A stretch of 63,653 nt of DNA, counting the filler, from Octopus bimaculoides (Eukaryota): NCBI RefSeq assembly GCF_001194135.2. It is 5 parts of 5 records of this genome, joined end to end, with 100 filler letters (N's around TTAATTAATTAA, not from the genome) between each part and the next. Parts side by side here need not be neighbours in the genome. Positions count along the whole stretch, not along the records: positions 24,995 to 28,850 come from NC_068981.1; positions 28,951 to 47,132 come from NC_068995.1; 3 more parts are not named here. The stretch is one strand, 5' to 3'. The translations under genes and the position numbers were made by a program. The notes under the pieces are model-generated. The model worked only from the letters and a program-made list of their open reading frames with translations, had not been told where the DNA came from and searched no databases. Below, in pieces: positions 28,021 through 41,533 of this stretch. The number at the start of each line of letters is the position of its first letter. Position 1 is the first letter of the stretch.

Positions 28021-28429
28021 AGACACTAACCACAAAATAACCAATTTTCTGGGCTTTACTCTGAACCTTAATACTTAGCCTTTTAAGTTCTTTGGAAATA
28101 ACGCATTAGCCGTAGTTCTCCTGCCACTACATCTTCAAAAATTAGTCCCAGAATCCTTATGCACTCAGTTCTATCTCTTCTGACCCTGTCATACTTTTTG
28201 CCACTGAGCTGTCTAACTTTCTAAGGCAGTTGGTTATAGTTGTGGCAATAGTAGCAAATAGTGGACTCAGAAATCGATTTTCGTTGTTGCTCTTTATATC
28301 AGACCTATGCTCGAAAGTATTCAGACATGACCACCACCGACTCCCAGTTTTGTTTTTTAAGGCATAGAAAACCTTAGATTACATTATCCAATGCTAAAGC
28401 GTGATTCTTTAGGGAATAATAATAATAAT

Positions 28430-28648
28430 AATTCTTTCTACTATAGGCACAAGACCTGAAATTTGGGGGAGCGGGCTAGTCGATTACATAGACCCCAGTA
28501 TTTCACTGGTACTTAATTTACGGACCCCGAAAGGATGAAAGACAAAGTCGACCTCGGCGAAATTTGAACAAGTAACATAACAGCGACGGGCGAAATAACG
28601 TGAAGCATTTCGTCCAGCATGCTAACGATTTTGACAGCTTGCCGCCTT
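28430..28648 (-). mobile_element. SINE family B, tail type 1
   Basis: Same head and core as family B, with tail CCCCCAAATTTCAGGTCTTGTGCCTATAGTAGAAAGAAT. Confidence 0.85.
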
Positions 28649-28684
28649 CATAATAATAATATTAATAATAATAATTATTATTAT

Positions 28685-28721
<37 letters not shown>

Positions 28722-28850
28722 TTGGATTTTTATGTATTCTTTCTCCCACTTGGATTTGAAATGTTGCCACAATTATATGTCTATTCTACTGTTATTTTCT
28801 GCATTTTCGTGCAGCTGAAGATTGCTCTTCATATTGCATTTAATGTAATG

Positions 28851-28950
28851 NNNNNNNNNNNNNNNNNNNNNNNNNNNNNNNNNNNNNNNNNNNNTTAATT
28901 AATTAANNNNNNNNNNNNNNNNNNNNNNNNNNNNNNNNNNNNNNNNNNNN
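28851..28950. other. Artificial scaffold-join linker
   Basis: 44 N + TTAATTAATTAA (28895-28906) + 44 N. Confidence 0.95.
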
Positions 28951-30329
28951 TATATATATATATATATATGCATATATGTGTGTGTATGTAGATGTACAGA
29001 CTCTCTCCCCCAGCCCTTTGCGATCCTCAGTAACTCGTTTGTTTTAAGCCGACCTCTCTATGTGTGTGAGTACATACTTACGTATAAAAGCGTAGATATA
29101 TGTATATACATACATATATGTTTGTATGTATGTATTTCTATACATGCGTATGTGCTTTCTATGTACAGACTCTTCAATAGTATCTCAGTTGTGATTGAGC
29201 AGATTATAATGAAAAGAATTCCATCTACGACAATTCTGTCTATTTATGTTTGCATTCACGTTGTCCAATGTGTTGTTCACTTCTTTAAGAAAATAGAGAG
29301 TAATTTCAGGAATATTTGGCTGCTATTTCTAGCTAGGTGTTTAAGGAGACAGCGAGAAGAGAAATTGCGTTACAGTGAGAAAAAGACGAATTAATGAGAG
29401 TGAGAGAAAGTATGTGTGAGAGAAAGAAAGAATCAGAGGAAAGAACGATAGACTGATAAATAAGTAGATAGACTCAGTTTGTTTTATGCGGTGTGATTAC
29501 GGCCAATCTGGAGCACCGCCTTCTGCCAGGAAGAAAGAGATATAAAGAAAAATGAATTAATATAAGCACCTTAGGAGGTGAACTAAGGCATAGGTGAAGG
29601 ATGAGATGATGAGGCAGTGCGAGTGACATCGATGAATGCTACTGCTGTTCACAAACGCCACCTTAATGTGAGAATGGAGGGTGCTTCTTCACACAAGAGG
29701 CGGACCTTGACAAACTTTCTCACAGATTTCATTTAGATGTAGTCTTCCGTAAAATAACAAATATCTCTAAAAACATTTTGATATTTCTGTCATCATCATT
29801 ATTATCATCACCACCTTCATCATCATCTTCACCATCAGCAGCAGCAACAGCGGCAGTGCTGTTGTGATGGTTGTAGTGTGTGTCGTCGTCAAACGTAATG
29901 TTTCTTGTTTTTAGCACCAAATCAGACTAGATCGAAGCAACATATAATTAATGTCTTCCATCCGTGCCCATCTCATCTTTTTTTCTATATCCATGACTAT
30001 ATTATCTTATGTATCTTTCGTTTTTTGAGCTGGTAGGATTTGATTCGCGAGAAATTTGGTTGCTGTATTTAGCAGATGAAACGACTACACGGAAGTCCCT
30101 TTGTTAGCTTGCACTGTTGTTATGGTGATGGATTTAATGGCTTCTTTAAATGTAGGACACATTCCTTGGTGTTAGTTAAAATGCCAGACAAATAATAAGG
30201 TCTCAAATAAACCAGCACTTTCCTAGCATATCCGGAGGTCTATGCAAGAATGATGCACTTCTCACAGCCAACAGTATGTCTCAACCGTCCGTTGAAGTAC
30301 CCAGAAGGTTCTCCATGTTTTCTAAGAAT

Positions 30330-30720
30330 TATTATCTATCGAAAATAGCACTAAATTAGTTAACTTCTTAGACGTGACTCTTGACTAAGATGTTAAGCTC
30401 TATTATCCTAAGCATAAACCGAATGATCCGCTACAATATATTAATGCCCTATCTAATCACTCTAGATTTGCCTTTAATTAATAGCATTATGATGGTACAT
30501 TTTTTACAATGGACGGATAGGTGTCCTCATCTTGTTTGCGATAACAACAAACAAGACAAGGACATCTATCCGTCCATTGTAAATAATATACATAATTCCT
30601 CATCTCAAAAAATATAGAATAGTATTATGACTGGTGTTTGAATCAGGATTTCTAACCTATTGGCTAATGATGATATCTTTAATTATCATGCCTAGGCTCT
30701 CCGGAATAGCGGCTTCTGCG
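30330..30720 (+). mobile_element. Decayed Penelope-like element: RT thumb region, interrupted by a fold-back insert
   Basis: IENSTKLVNFLDVTLD*...YYPKHKPNDPLQYINALSNH (to 30460), then RISNLLANDDIFNYHA...ALRNSGF (about 30646-30716). Both are typical PLE post-RT motifs. Confidence 0.85.
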
Positions 30721-31019
30721 AGAGGGTCTCATATATTTCCAATACTAGACTAAAAGGATCTCATACATTCTCAGTACTAGACTGAAAGCAAAACTCGCAC
30801 TTCTCTTTCCAAGTACAGAATCTAAGCGCACCAGGCTTGCCTCTATACATCCACATCCCATCACCTGCGACTGAATTCCCCCACGGCCAACACTCGTCTG
30901 TATTCCAGCCGCCTCGGAGGTTGAATACCCTAGGGTACCCTGTCCAGCACTACGCTGGGTTCTAAGCCTTCCAAGGGCAGAAAGCAGGAGGGTTTATGGT
31001 TTTCACCCCCATTCTCTGT

Positions 31020-31740
31020 CCGAGTTAAATTTTTACCCAAGCTATTTTTCAAAACCCAAAGCTCTAATTTCCTTCCATACCGAAAGTATTATTCTATATT
31101 CAATAAATCTTCGATTAAAATTTCATACTCTACAACACCAAACTTGGGATCTATAGTTACCTCTTCGAATATGCGCAAACTTAGCCGCCTTACTGTAGGC
31201 CCTAAAAACCACTCATCTGGGCTCCGTTATCACCATTTCCCCTAGTACTTGTAACCCTAACACATGTGACTACAGAGATACCCCCCCCCCAAGTTCCATA
31301 CAATTAATTATAACGCCCGCTGTTCTACCTTGAGAATAACTGGGAATGGAGATTAATTCTGTAACCTGTAATTGTCGGGTCTCCTAATTAAATCCGTTAG
31401 ATGGATTTTGATTACATATAACGTCTGCATTGGCAGTACCGTTGATTTCCAGAGCCACTACCGAGCTCATCTGAATTTACTCTCAAATAGAGCCTCTAAA
31501 CTCTCTACTTCCTTACCTACCTGTAAACACCACTTCAAGTCTCAAGCCATTCCCAGTGCCTTATCCTGGTTCGTAATCTGTGGGACATCTTCGTACAAAT
31601 CTAACCATCATATTTGTAAGTTATGTTGCAGGGAATCGCACGCTATTCTTCGAAATCATAATACTCCGTTACTCTGTAAGATCTCTGACGTAATCTTCTC
31701 ATGTAGCACAAATCTTATTCCACATATGCTCATTACATAA
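31020..31740 (+). mobile_element. Decayed Penelope-like element: linker and GIY-YIG endonuclease
   Basis: YSIFNKSSIKISYSTTPNLGSIV, then CNCR, then CIGST...F..HYRAH...STSL...W...SSY...CKLCCRE..AIL...LLCKISDV (ORF 31372-31740). This is the usual PLE GIY-YIG layout. Confidence 0.8.
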
Positions 31741-32934
31741 AGTCTTCACGATTTCTTCTAATTGCAGATAAAGCTCTTTACATATCATTTAGCTATTTAG
31801 CAGACTTATTGTAATATCTCCATGTCACTGATTGCCCTTTACATTCCTATAAGTTTTTTTTGCCTATTTCATCAGTAAATTATGAATATTATCATTATTA
31901 CGTAACTCTGAACTTCCTTAAATAGCTGTCGAGCTAAAAGAATTACATATTTTGTTCATATTTTTCTATATCTTTGTGCTTCATATAAATATGTGTATGT
32001 GGGTGTGTGTGTATCTCTGTGTGTGTCTGTGTATGTCTGTGTATTTCTCTGCGTGTGCGCGCGCGTGTGAATATCTGTAGATTTGTATATATTTATAGAT
32101 GTGTATATATGTATGTGTGTGTGTATATAGAATATAGATGCCTATATTTCTCATCTAATGACTGACCGGTTACCAATATTCTCTAAGTATATAAATAGCT
32201 GTCTAAATTGGTAGATATTACTATGATTAGAAAGGTTCAGCTCATTGCTAGTGAAGGCGAAGAACTGCCAGATGCCATCTGAAAGTTATTAACTTTAACG
32301 AAAGGTCTTCGCTTCTACATATATTTTCAAAACATTTGTGCAGATGTGATCTGCATGAGTACATCAACACAAAACATTGTCTGGCACAGTATGTAACTTG
32401 CATTACGTAACAGATTAAGTAACTGTGGTGAGTATAATATTTTTGAGGTCTGAATCTAATAAATTTTGATATTATTTATTCCACTTGCTACTATACATAC
32501 ATACATACATACATACATACATACATACATACATACATACATACATACATACATACAGCTGGCAGAAACGTTAGCACGCAGGGCGAAATGCTTAGCGGTA
32601 TTTCGTCTGCCGCTACGTTCAGAGTTCAAATTCCGCCGAGGTCCACTTTGCCTTTNNNNNNNNNNNNNNNNNNNNNNNNNNNNNNNNNNNNNNNNNNNNN
32701 NNNNNNNNNNNNNNNNNNNNNNNNNNNNNNNNNNNNNNNNNNNNNNNNNNNNNNNNNNNNNNNNNNNNNNNNNNNNNNNNNNNNNNNNNNNNNNNNNNNN
32801 NNNNNNNNNNNNNNNNNNNNNNNNNNNNNNNNNNNNNNNNNNNNNNNNNNNNNNNTATATATATATATATATATATTGAGAGTATGATTGGTGAATACAC
32901 AATTCTGGAAAATACTCATTGTATTTGGCATATA

Positions 32935-33300
32935 GGTGCAGGCGTGAATGTGTGATGAGAAGTTTGCTTCCCAGCTACATAGTTCTGGATTCAGACCTAT
33001 TACGTGGCACCTCGCAGGTGTCTTCTATTATAACCTCAAGCCGACGAAAGCCTTGTGAGTAAATTTGGTAGAGGGAAACTGAAAGAAGCCCGACATATAT
33101 ATGTGTGTGTGTTTATCTTCTGTCATCACTTGACAACCGATGTCGCTTTGTTTATGTCTCTGTAACTTAGCGTTTTGGCTTAATAGACCGGTAAAATAAG
33201 TACCAGGCTTTAAAACTAACTACTGGGGTCGACTAAAAACGTCGAGGTGGTGCCCCAGCCTGGCTGCAGCTCAATGGTTGAAACATGCAAACGATAAAGA
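32935..33300 (+). mobile_element. SINE family A, diverged
   Basis: Co-linear match to the 15824 and 39095 copies. Confidence 0.85.
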
Positions 33301-36300
33301 TATATTGTATTTATTAGGAACAATATTTGACCAGCTATTATAGTTCAGCGAAGAAATTTGAACAGTTTATTCAATATCATAGTATTTACATCCAAAAAAT
33401 AAAAAGAATAACTATCGTTAAATTCAATGATGTAGTTAGACGAGAAACAGAAGTGTAGGTGATCTGTCGAAGTGAAAATAGAAAGAAGAGGAGAAAAGAA
33501 GAGAGAAGAGTAAAGTGTGTGAGCCTGGAAGAAAAAGCGATAGAACGACAGAAAGCTATATTAAGAAGATATGTTGGAAAATTGGTTAAATTTATTTATA
33601 AATTTTATCTAATCAATTTACTAAAAAGTGCTAAAATTTTCTTGAAGTATTGCAATATGTGTAAATGAGATAAATGTTTGCAAAACCTTTGAGCAATGCA
33701 GGTGACTAATTAACTAACGTAGTTTAGGTGATGCCAATAAATGAACACAAAGAGAAAAGATTATTTAATGATCCTATAAAATTTCGAGAAAAATTCCCCT
33801 TTTCAAATAAAAAAAAAAATTTTAAGTGTCCGAAGAAATATGCTATCGGCAGGCTATTCCAGAATGTTAAGATAAACGGTATTGCTTAAATTTGTTTGTG
33901 CGATCAACTGTACAAGTAGTTGTGGTTGATTGAATTAGGTAGTGTCATCAGCAGCTGTAATAGGTGACATGGTATGACGTAGTAAGTTAGTGCGGGTGTA
34001 AAGGTGTGGTGAGAACGGTTACTTAACAATAACAGAACTTTAAAGTAAGATTAGTCACTAGGTAAGATATTTCTTTGTTTGAATAATGTGTGATGTACGA
34101 GGTTGCTGCGAGTGGAAATGTTGTTCTAATTTGATGCGTGAGAAAAATGTTAAAACAGTGAAAGATGATGATAATGCTGATGATGATGGTATTTCTAATT
34201 TAGGTAGGTTAGAAATTTTATTGGAAGTGAGCAAGTCGATTACATCGATCCCAGAATTTGGCTGGTGTTTTATTTTATCGCTCTCGGAGGGAAGAAAGAC
34301 AAAGTTAATCTCGACGTAAGCCCACAAGGGTTGGGGAGAAATACTGCAAGACATTTTTTCCGATTCAGTGTGTACCATCAACGGTTCTGTGTCAGAGGCC
34401 AATACACTTACATTTCAACAGCTTTTTCGCCGACCTTTTTCTAAGAGATACGACAATTTTTTCTTCATCATGTCATTAGTCCTCTGCTGTATTTGTGGCT
34501 AACATTCACGAGCATCTAGTCAAACTGGCTGCAGCAACGATACAGTTCATTGCTCCATTTTACGGTAATGCTGTGAAGTTAATTGATATGTTAACTTGCA
34601 TCAGAAAATGGAATAGCTGTCATATAGACAATGATTTTAAATCTTTTTTCCTGCGACCCAATTTCTTGAACCTAATTATTAACGATCGCGGTCTTTTCGG
34701 CGTGGTTTAAACTCTGGAAAATATTACGACTTGTTTATCATAAAGGTGAAGGTTTATATTGTGAACAGATTGAGATCAACGAGTCAAAATAGTACCTGAT
34801 AACCACCTGCTGAGGTGTCAGCTATGTATATCCTTTCAAGTGTCGGTAGCCAAGTCACAATTTGCAATAGTCTACTCTTCCAGATAGCATTTCAAAATTG
34901 ACGTGTTTTGTAAGCTGCGTACTACGTCCGACATTCTTCTAAGAATATGTTAACAATGTACCCCAACTTTCACTTCCATCGTCAGCACATCACAGTAACA
35001 AACACTAATTATGTCAACAATAACTACAATCACAGTTGTGTTGTTGTTTAACACAAATCAATCACATGGTCCAAACAATAAGTCAGGTTCAGAGGTCAAC
35101 AACCTGGTTTAAACCAAGTTAACCATTTATGAACAAATGCATTCCAGGCGTGACTTTTTATTAAGAGTATGAAGGACTACATTGTCGAATATGTTGTTTC
35201 ATTGTCATGTGAGTGACATGCAACTTCTATTCCTAGTAGCTCCAGCGATCACTTTGAGGCTTTCTCATTAGTTCGTTAGTATTTCATTAGTGTTTATTGC
35301 TGTGTCTCAAAACCTCCTGTGAATTAAATCCCATACAATAAAGAAAAGGTGAAAAGGTATTCAAGGTTGCTTATTTGTTATTCCTCGAATCTGTCTCAAC
35401 CAATTTTGCAGCACGTTTCTACGTGGTATCCGAGTGTATTGAGGAGCAAGCCAAAGATGCATCTAAACCACAACAACTCTGGAATATTATATACTGGAAT
35501 ATTTCTAATCAATAGCTCTCTCCCTATCTCTAACATTATTCCTCTGTTCCCTCTCTTTAACACTTTCTTCGTCTTTCTTCGTCTCTCTCACTATATTCCC
35601 TCTCTAAAACTTCCTATGTATCTTTCACACTCTTCATTTTCTCTTTTACCCATAAACACACAGATTTGTTCTTTAAAAAAAATAGTTAAATAATTTATTA
35701 TCTTTGCTCCTTTCATTACGTTTTCAACAAATTTCTATGTCAATCGATCATTCAATTAATATCATTTCATTTTTCTGACACTATCACCGCCTCTTTTTTC
35801 ATATTCTTTTTCCATTTACTTTTGTTGTATTTTTATATTTTACCGTCCGCTATAAAGAATATTTTCAAATCATCCGTTGTTAATGACATAGCCCCAATCT
35901 ATCAAACGCTTCAATCATATTGATAGATTATGTTGATCTGGTGCATGTATCAGTTATGTAAAAAAACAATCGACAAATGTTTGGCTTCAAAATTAGTGAT
36001 TTTAAACAAGTAAAATAGAGTAAGAGTTGGACACATCACTAATATAAACATGTTCTGTAGATTTTTTTTTTTTTTTTTTTTTTTATTACCAGCTTGAGAA
36101 CGGTGTATTGGCAGAATCGTTTGAGCGTCGGACACAATGCTTTTTGCGCTGTTTAGTTAAACCATTCTAAGGAGCGAGTTCAAGTAGCACCAGAATCAAC
36201 TTTACTATTCTGGGTCGACGCCAATAAGTACAAGTCAAAAACTGTCACAAGTCTTATCAATGATATCTTACCCCTAAAATGTGAATCTATATAAGAAATC

Positions 36301-37127
36301 AATATTCAACCTGTTATTTGCATGTCACATTTCAGTTGTACTGCAATCAGCCTATTACAATGAGCCCTATAAAGACTGATATCACTTTCATGTACATTCT
36401 TTCTGAGATGTTTGAGTAGGATGATATTTGGGCTTTTTTAGACCTATTTTCAACCAATGAGGGAGCCGACGCGTCACAAGAAAACCTTGTCCTGCAAGAA
36501 ATAGTAGCCAAATCTCCTTTACATTTCACCCTCTACCAGTAAATGACGGCTGGTTAAGTCTGCCATCCAAATAGACCATAGAGAGATTCGAACTCAGAAC
36601 TGAAAGAGCCGGAATAGTTATCACAATAATCCCGATCATCATTCTTACACTTTCTTCACTTCACTACCTTGGATTGGTACTTCCTGATCGACTCCGAAAA
36701 GATGAAAAGCAAATTGCTTTCGAAGGGATTTGAACTCAAAGTGCAGAGAGTCGGAATAAATACTGTGATTCATTGTCCAATGCTTTTGGGATTTTGCTAC
36801 TTTTCCACCTTAAAACGGTTAAGATAGAACTGGCCGATGCAGAGAAGCAAACATCAATCTCTATATCTAGAGACAACGTCGCTAGATATATTCTACGAAG
36901 TTGGAAAGTCTCAGAAACGAATGGGATTCAAAACCAATGGATCCCACTCGAAATATATGGAAAAATTAGGAGACTCTGGGTGACAATTAATTAGTTGGTG
37001 AAGAATAATTGAAGAACAATGTAGAGATAGGGAATGGTGAAGAATAAAACAATGAGAAATCTACATACGCACCAATACGCACGCGTGCTCAAACACACAT
37101 ACATAGGTATAAATGTGGAAGATAGAA

Positions 37128-37227
37128 ACAGTCCTACTGCATGGCACCTTGGGCAATTGCCTTCTTCTATAGCCTCGGGCCAACCAAAGTCTTGTGAGTG
37201 GATTTGGTAGGCGAAAAGCCCATCGTA

Positions 37228-37296
<69 letters not shown>

Positions 37297-37625
37297 GTGT
37301 ATTGTGTGTACGTATGTACATCTTTGGCTTGCTCCTCAATACACTCGGATACCACGTAGAAACGTGCTGCAAAATTGGTTGAGACAGATTCGAGGAATAA
37401 CAAATAAGCAACCTAGAGTTTGTGTCTGTGTTTGTCTCCCCATTTGACAACTGGTGCTGGTGCGCTTATGTCCCCGTAACTTAGCCGTTCGGTAAAAGAA
37501 ATCGCTAGAATAAGTACCAGGCTTTAAAAATATAAGTACTGCGATTGATATTTTCGACTAAAAATTCTTCAAAGTAGTGTTCCGGCATGGCAGCAGACTA
37601 ATGACTGAAACAAGTAAAAGATAAA
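37128..37625 (+). mobile_element. SINE family A, 5'-degenerate, with a 96-bp foreign insert at 37319-37414
   Basis: Both SINE halves match family A. The insert is the exact reverse complement of 35364-35459. Confidence 0.85.
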
Positions 37626-38081
37626 CATCTAAAATCTCTCCCCTGCGCCTTTACTTTCCACTATGAATACATCGCTCCTTATGTGTGGAAATTTTTATTC
37701 TCCCAATCCAATGTCAACCTAGGCCATCGCTGCTTGTCACTTAAGTACTCTATTCAAGTGCTCGTATCGCTTTTTTTCTTTATAAATCCGCGCATATTTT
37801 AAAACATCTTTGCACACATACAGAAAGACAGCCGAAACATTGATATTTCGATATTCCTAATTTTATATTTTTATACCATCATATTCTCATACTCCTAGAA
37901 CGCGAAACTGTGACGTCCTAATGAAGTTTTCAAGTACTCATATCTTTAAATTCTCACTTACTCTTCAACGAGAGTTCGTATTGCAGCTACCATAGAACAT
38001 AACATGTATTTTATACATTCCTAATGTTATCCTCTTGAAGTTTTTGCTCTTTCCCTCATTTTATACGCCTTTTTTCGTGTA

Positions 38082-38180
<99 letters not shown>

Positions 38181-38577
38181 GCATGTATGTACATAATACT
38201 ATATATTAGTATGTATACATTATCATTACTTACCATTTCTTAATTGTATTCCCAAGCGAAGTGGCTGCCTCCTGTCTTCCTTTCCCAGTAGCTCTACACC
38301 ATATGCAAATGTGTAAAGCAACCCTCTCCCTACTTCACTGTTTCTCCTCTCCTCTCTCCTTCCCCTCGTCCGATATAGCCATGTACATATTTTTATTGTT
38401 TCATATTGTTTTATCCTTTACCAACAAATTATATCGACGTTCTTTTACAATTATTTCCCACCAGCCGAGCACAAGCCACTAGTCTTCCAACCTTCACATA
38501 TATTTCCAATAGTGAATTTCGTGTATCACTTTCGAAGTTTAACCTGAAGGCCAGAAATGTGGAACTTGAATACATGA

Positions 38578-38639
<62 letters not shown>

Positions 38640-38640
38640 A

Positions 38641-38958
38641 TATTAATAGTTATCGCCAAGCCAACATGGCAGTCCAAAAAAATAGGACGAATGCTGACGT
38701 TGCTTAGTTCCAAGAGGCCATCGCCTCTGGCTAGCTATGTGACACACGAATCTGTGTCCATTATAACCTTCGAACAGGGGAGGTCAGCCGCTTTCCCTTC
38801 CTGGTCTGGCATCTACAGACTAGTTTCACCTCGTATCAATGTAGAGCAGCTGGTCTGGAATTATAACACGAATCTGTGTTATAATGGACACAGATTCGTG
38901 TGTCACATAGCTAGCTAGAGGCGATGGCCTCTTAGAGTTAATCAGCGGCAGCATTCGT

Positions 38959-38991
<33 letters not shown>

Positions 38992-39024
38992 ACTGCCATG
39001 TTGGCTTGGTGATAACTATTAATA
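38641..39024. mobile_element. MITE / fold-back element with ~125-bp TIRs
   Basis: The left arm 38641-38767 is the reverse complement of the right arm 38878-39024, apart from short patches and an A/T run. The termini TATTAATAGTT/AACTATTAATA lie next to (TA)n. Confidence 0.9.
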
Positions 39025-39094
39025 TCCAGTACCGCTGCCGTAGTCTCCTTTAGAGAGACTTAGAAATATTAATATTTATATATATATATATATA

Positions 39095-39485
39095 GGCGCA
39101 TGAATGGCTGTGTAGTAAGAAACTTGCTTCCCAACCACGTGGTTCCGGGTTCAGTCGCATTGCGTGGCACCTTGGGTAAGTGTCTTCTGCTGTAGCCTCG
39201 GGCCGACCAACGCCTTGTGAGTGGATATGGTAGACGGAAACTGAAAGAAACCCATCGTATATATGTGCGTGTGTGTGTGTGTGTGTGTGTATTTGTCCCC
39301 CCACCATCACTTAACAACCGATGTTGGTGTGTTTACGTCCCCGTAACATAGCAGTTCGGCAAAAGAGACCGATAGAATAAGTACTAGGCTTACAAAGAAT
39401 AGGTCCTGGGTGGATTTGTTCGACTAAAGGTGGTGCTCCAGCATAGCCGCAGTCAAATGGCTGAAACAATAAAAGAATAAAAGAA
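39095..39485 (+). mobile_element. SINE family A, full length, CpGs largely retained
   Basis: Head GGCGCATGAATGGCTGTGTAG...GGTTCAGTCGC, CORE-like motif, central (TG)n and an AAAAGAAT tail. Confidence 0.9.
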
Positions 39486-40355
39486 TATATAAATATCAGC
39501 TTAAGAACCACGAAAAATCTGTACCGGATTTTTACAGAGTTTTTGCAATTGTCTGGTAATACAGACATAGACTTGCTCAAATGCATCAATTAACATAAAT
39601 TGACATTGATACTTTTGCTAGTGTGATTTTGTTTGCGGTTGCGTGTTTATTGTTACGTTCCTTGGAATACTGTTGCTTTGTTATTATTGTTACCATTGTT
39701 GTATCTTGTTACCGCTAGATTGTTATTGCTGCTTCGGCTACGAGCTTGTGGTTTTTGTTTGACTTTCTTTTCCCCAGTTTGGGGTAAAGAATTTTAAAAT
39801 GGGGTGTTCACCAGAACACGTCGGAAGCTATGCGTCGGCAGTGGGTAGTCACTCAACCAACTCTACGAACAGATTGGAGGTACGAGAGGTGACAATAGAC
39901 CCCGAGAAGCTAGGAAGACACAAGGAGCTGCTCCAGAAGGAAGAGGGAAATTTAAGGCTGACCTCCTCCGAGGAAGTAACTAACAGCACGAGGAAAAGCA
40001 CAGTTTTCTACAGAACGCTGTCCTTAGCCAGCAGAAAGATAGAAATGGCGGAGGAGGAAGTCATAGAAAAGTGCCTGAAGAGTATAAAGAAGGCAGTGAC
40101 ATTTTACACTTTGCTAACGTTTTCCCCCTGGTATAAAGAGAGAAAATATTGTTGTATTTTTCAAAGGAAAAAAGAAATGGACAAGCCACCTATTAAAATC
40201 AAGACCAGCAGTGAACCTGGCACAAGTGAATAGTAAGATATCAGAAGCAGAGAAGGCAGCACAGTTTTAAATAGCATGCCAACAGAAGAGGAGTTTATTC
40301 AAGGAAGAAAAGCTAATAATTTTGCAGCAGTAGCTGGTGTTTATAAAAAGACAAT

Positions 40356-40880
40356 AAATTGTGGAAAGTCATTGAGAAAGATCCGCATAAAACCACTCGA
40401 GAACTGACAAAAGAACTTCAAGTTCGTCAGAAAACTGCCTGCAACCATTCGAATGCGATGGGAAAATTGAAAACGCTCGACAAATGGGTACCAGACGATT
40501 TGAATGAAAATCAGAAAATGCGCAGATATGAAATTTGCGCGTCGCTTCTTCTCCGTAACCAGACCGATCCACTTCTCGACCGTATTGTAACTTGCGATGA
40601 AAAGTGGGTTCTGTACAATAATAAAAAACGTTCTTCACAGTGGTCAAACCAAAATGAAGCACCGAAAACCTTCACCAAGTCCGAGCTCTTCGAAAAGAAG
40701 GTTATGGTGACTGCTTGTGGGTGTACTGCTGAACTCATCTACAATAACTTCTAAAAACCCGGATAAACTATTACTGCAGAAACATATTGCCATGAAATTG
40801 CCAAAGTGAACGAAAAACTGCTACTCCTCCGTCTCAGACTGGTCAACAGAAGAGAGCCAATCATTCTTCATGACAATGCT
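40356..40880 (+). mobile_element. Mariner (DD34D-type) transposase remnant
   Basis: KWVPDDL (WVPHEL-like), DRIVTCDEKWVLYNN, KKVMVT, TITAETYC and IILHDNA, containing the first two catalytic Asp. Stops are present. Confidence 0.9.
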
Positions 40881-41533
40881 CTGAAATATATTGTGATGAA
40901 TTTCATGTTTCCAAACGTTGCTTACATTTTACTCAGTCTGTTATATAAACTAATCAGTAATCAACTAATTGGAGCGAAGACAATGCTACCGTCGAAAAAT
41001 ATGTAGGCATGAGCAACACGCTTTTTAGTGTTTTTAAATTAAATAGATGCTAAATTATTTTTTAAAATTGTTCTTTATTGTGACTTTTAGACATTACATA
41101 TGTACAAGTGAAAATACATATCTAAAACAAGCCGGTAAAGAATCAAAATCAATTGAAACAATTAATAAATTAATGTTGAGCAATTGTCATCACTTGGTGC
41201 TATGTTCTAGTATATCAGTATTTCTACAGATATGAAATAACCACAACCATGACCACTAAAACTACACACTACAGCCTTCAGTTTTCATTCATCTATGCAA
41301 TACTCACCGATTCAAAATCTTTTTCAATGTTATTGTTATTGTTGAACAATAATTCCCAGTCACTGGTAAAACCAAGTCATAAGGACCACAGTTCATCGGT
41401 ATAACAATCACCAGGAGGACTAAGTTCCCTAAGGAGATATTCTCCTCCTCCCCTCACAGAATATCGGCCTTGCTACCGTCTATCACGTTGTTTATTGAAC
41501 ATTTTTTTAAAGATTTCGCAATTGTTTCCGTTT

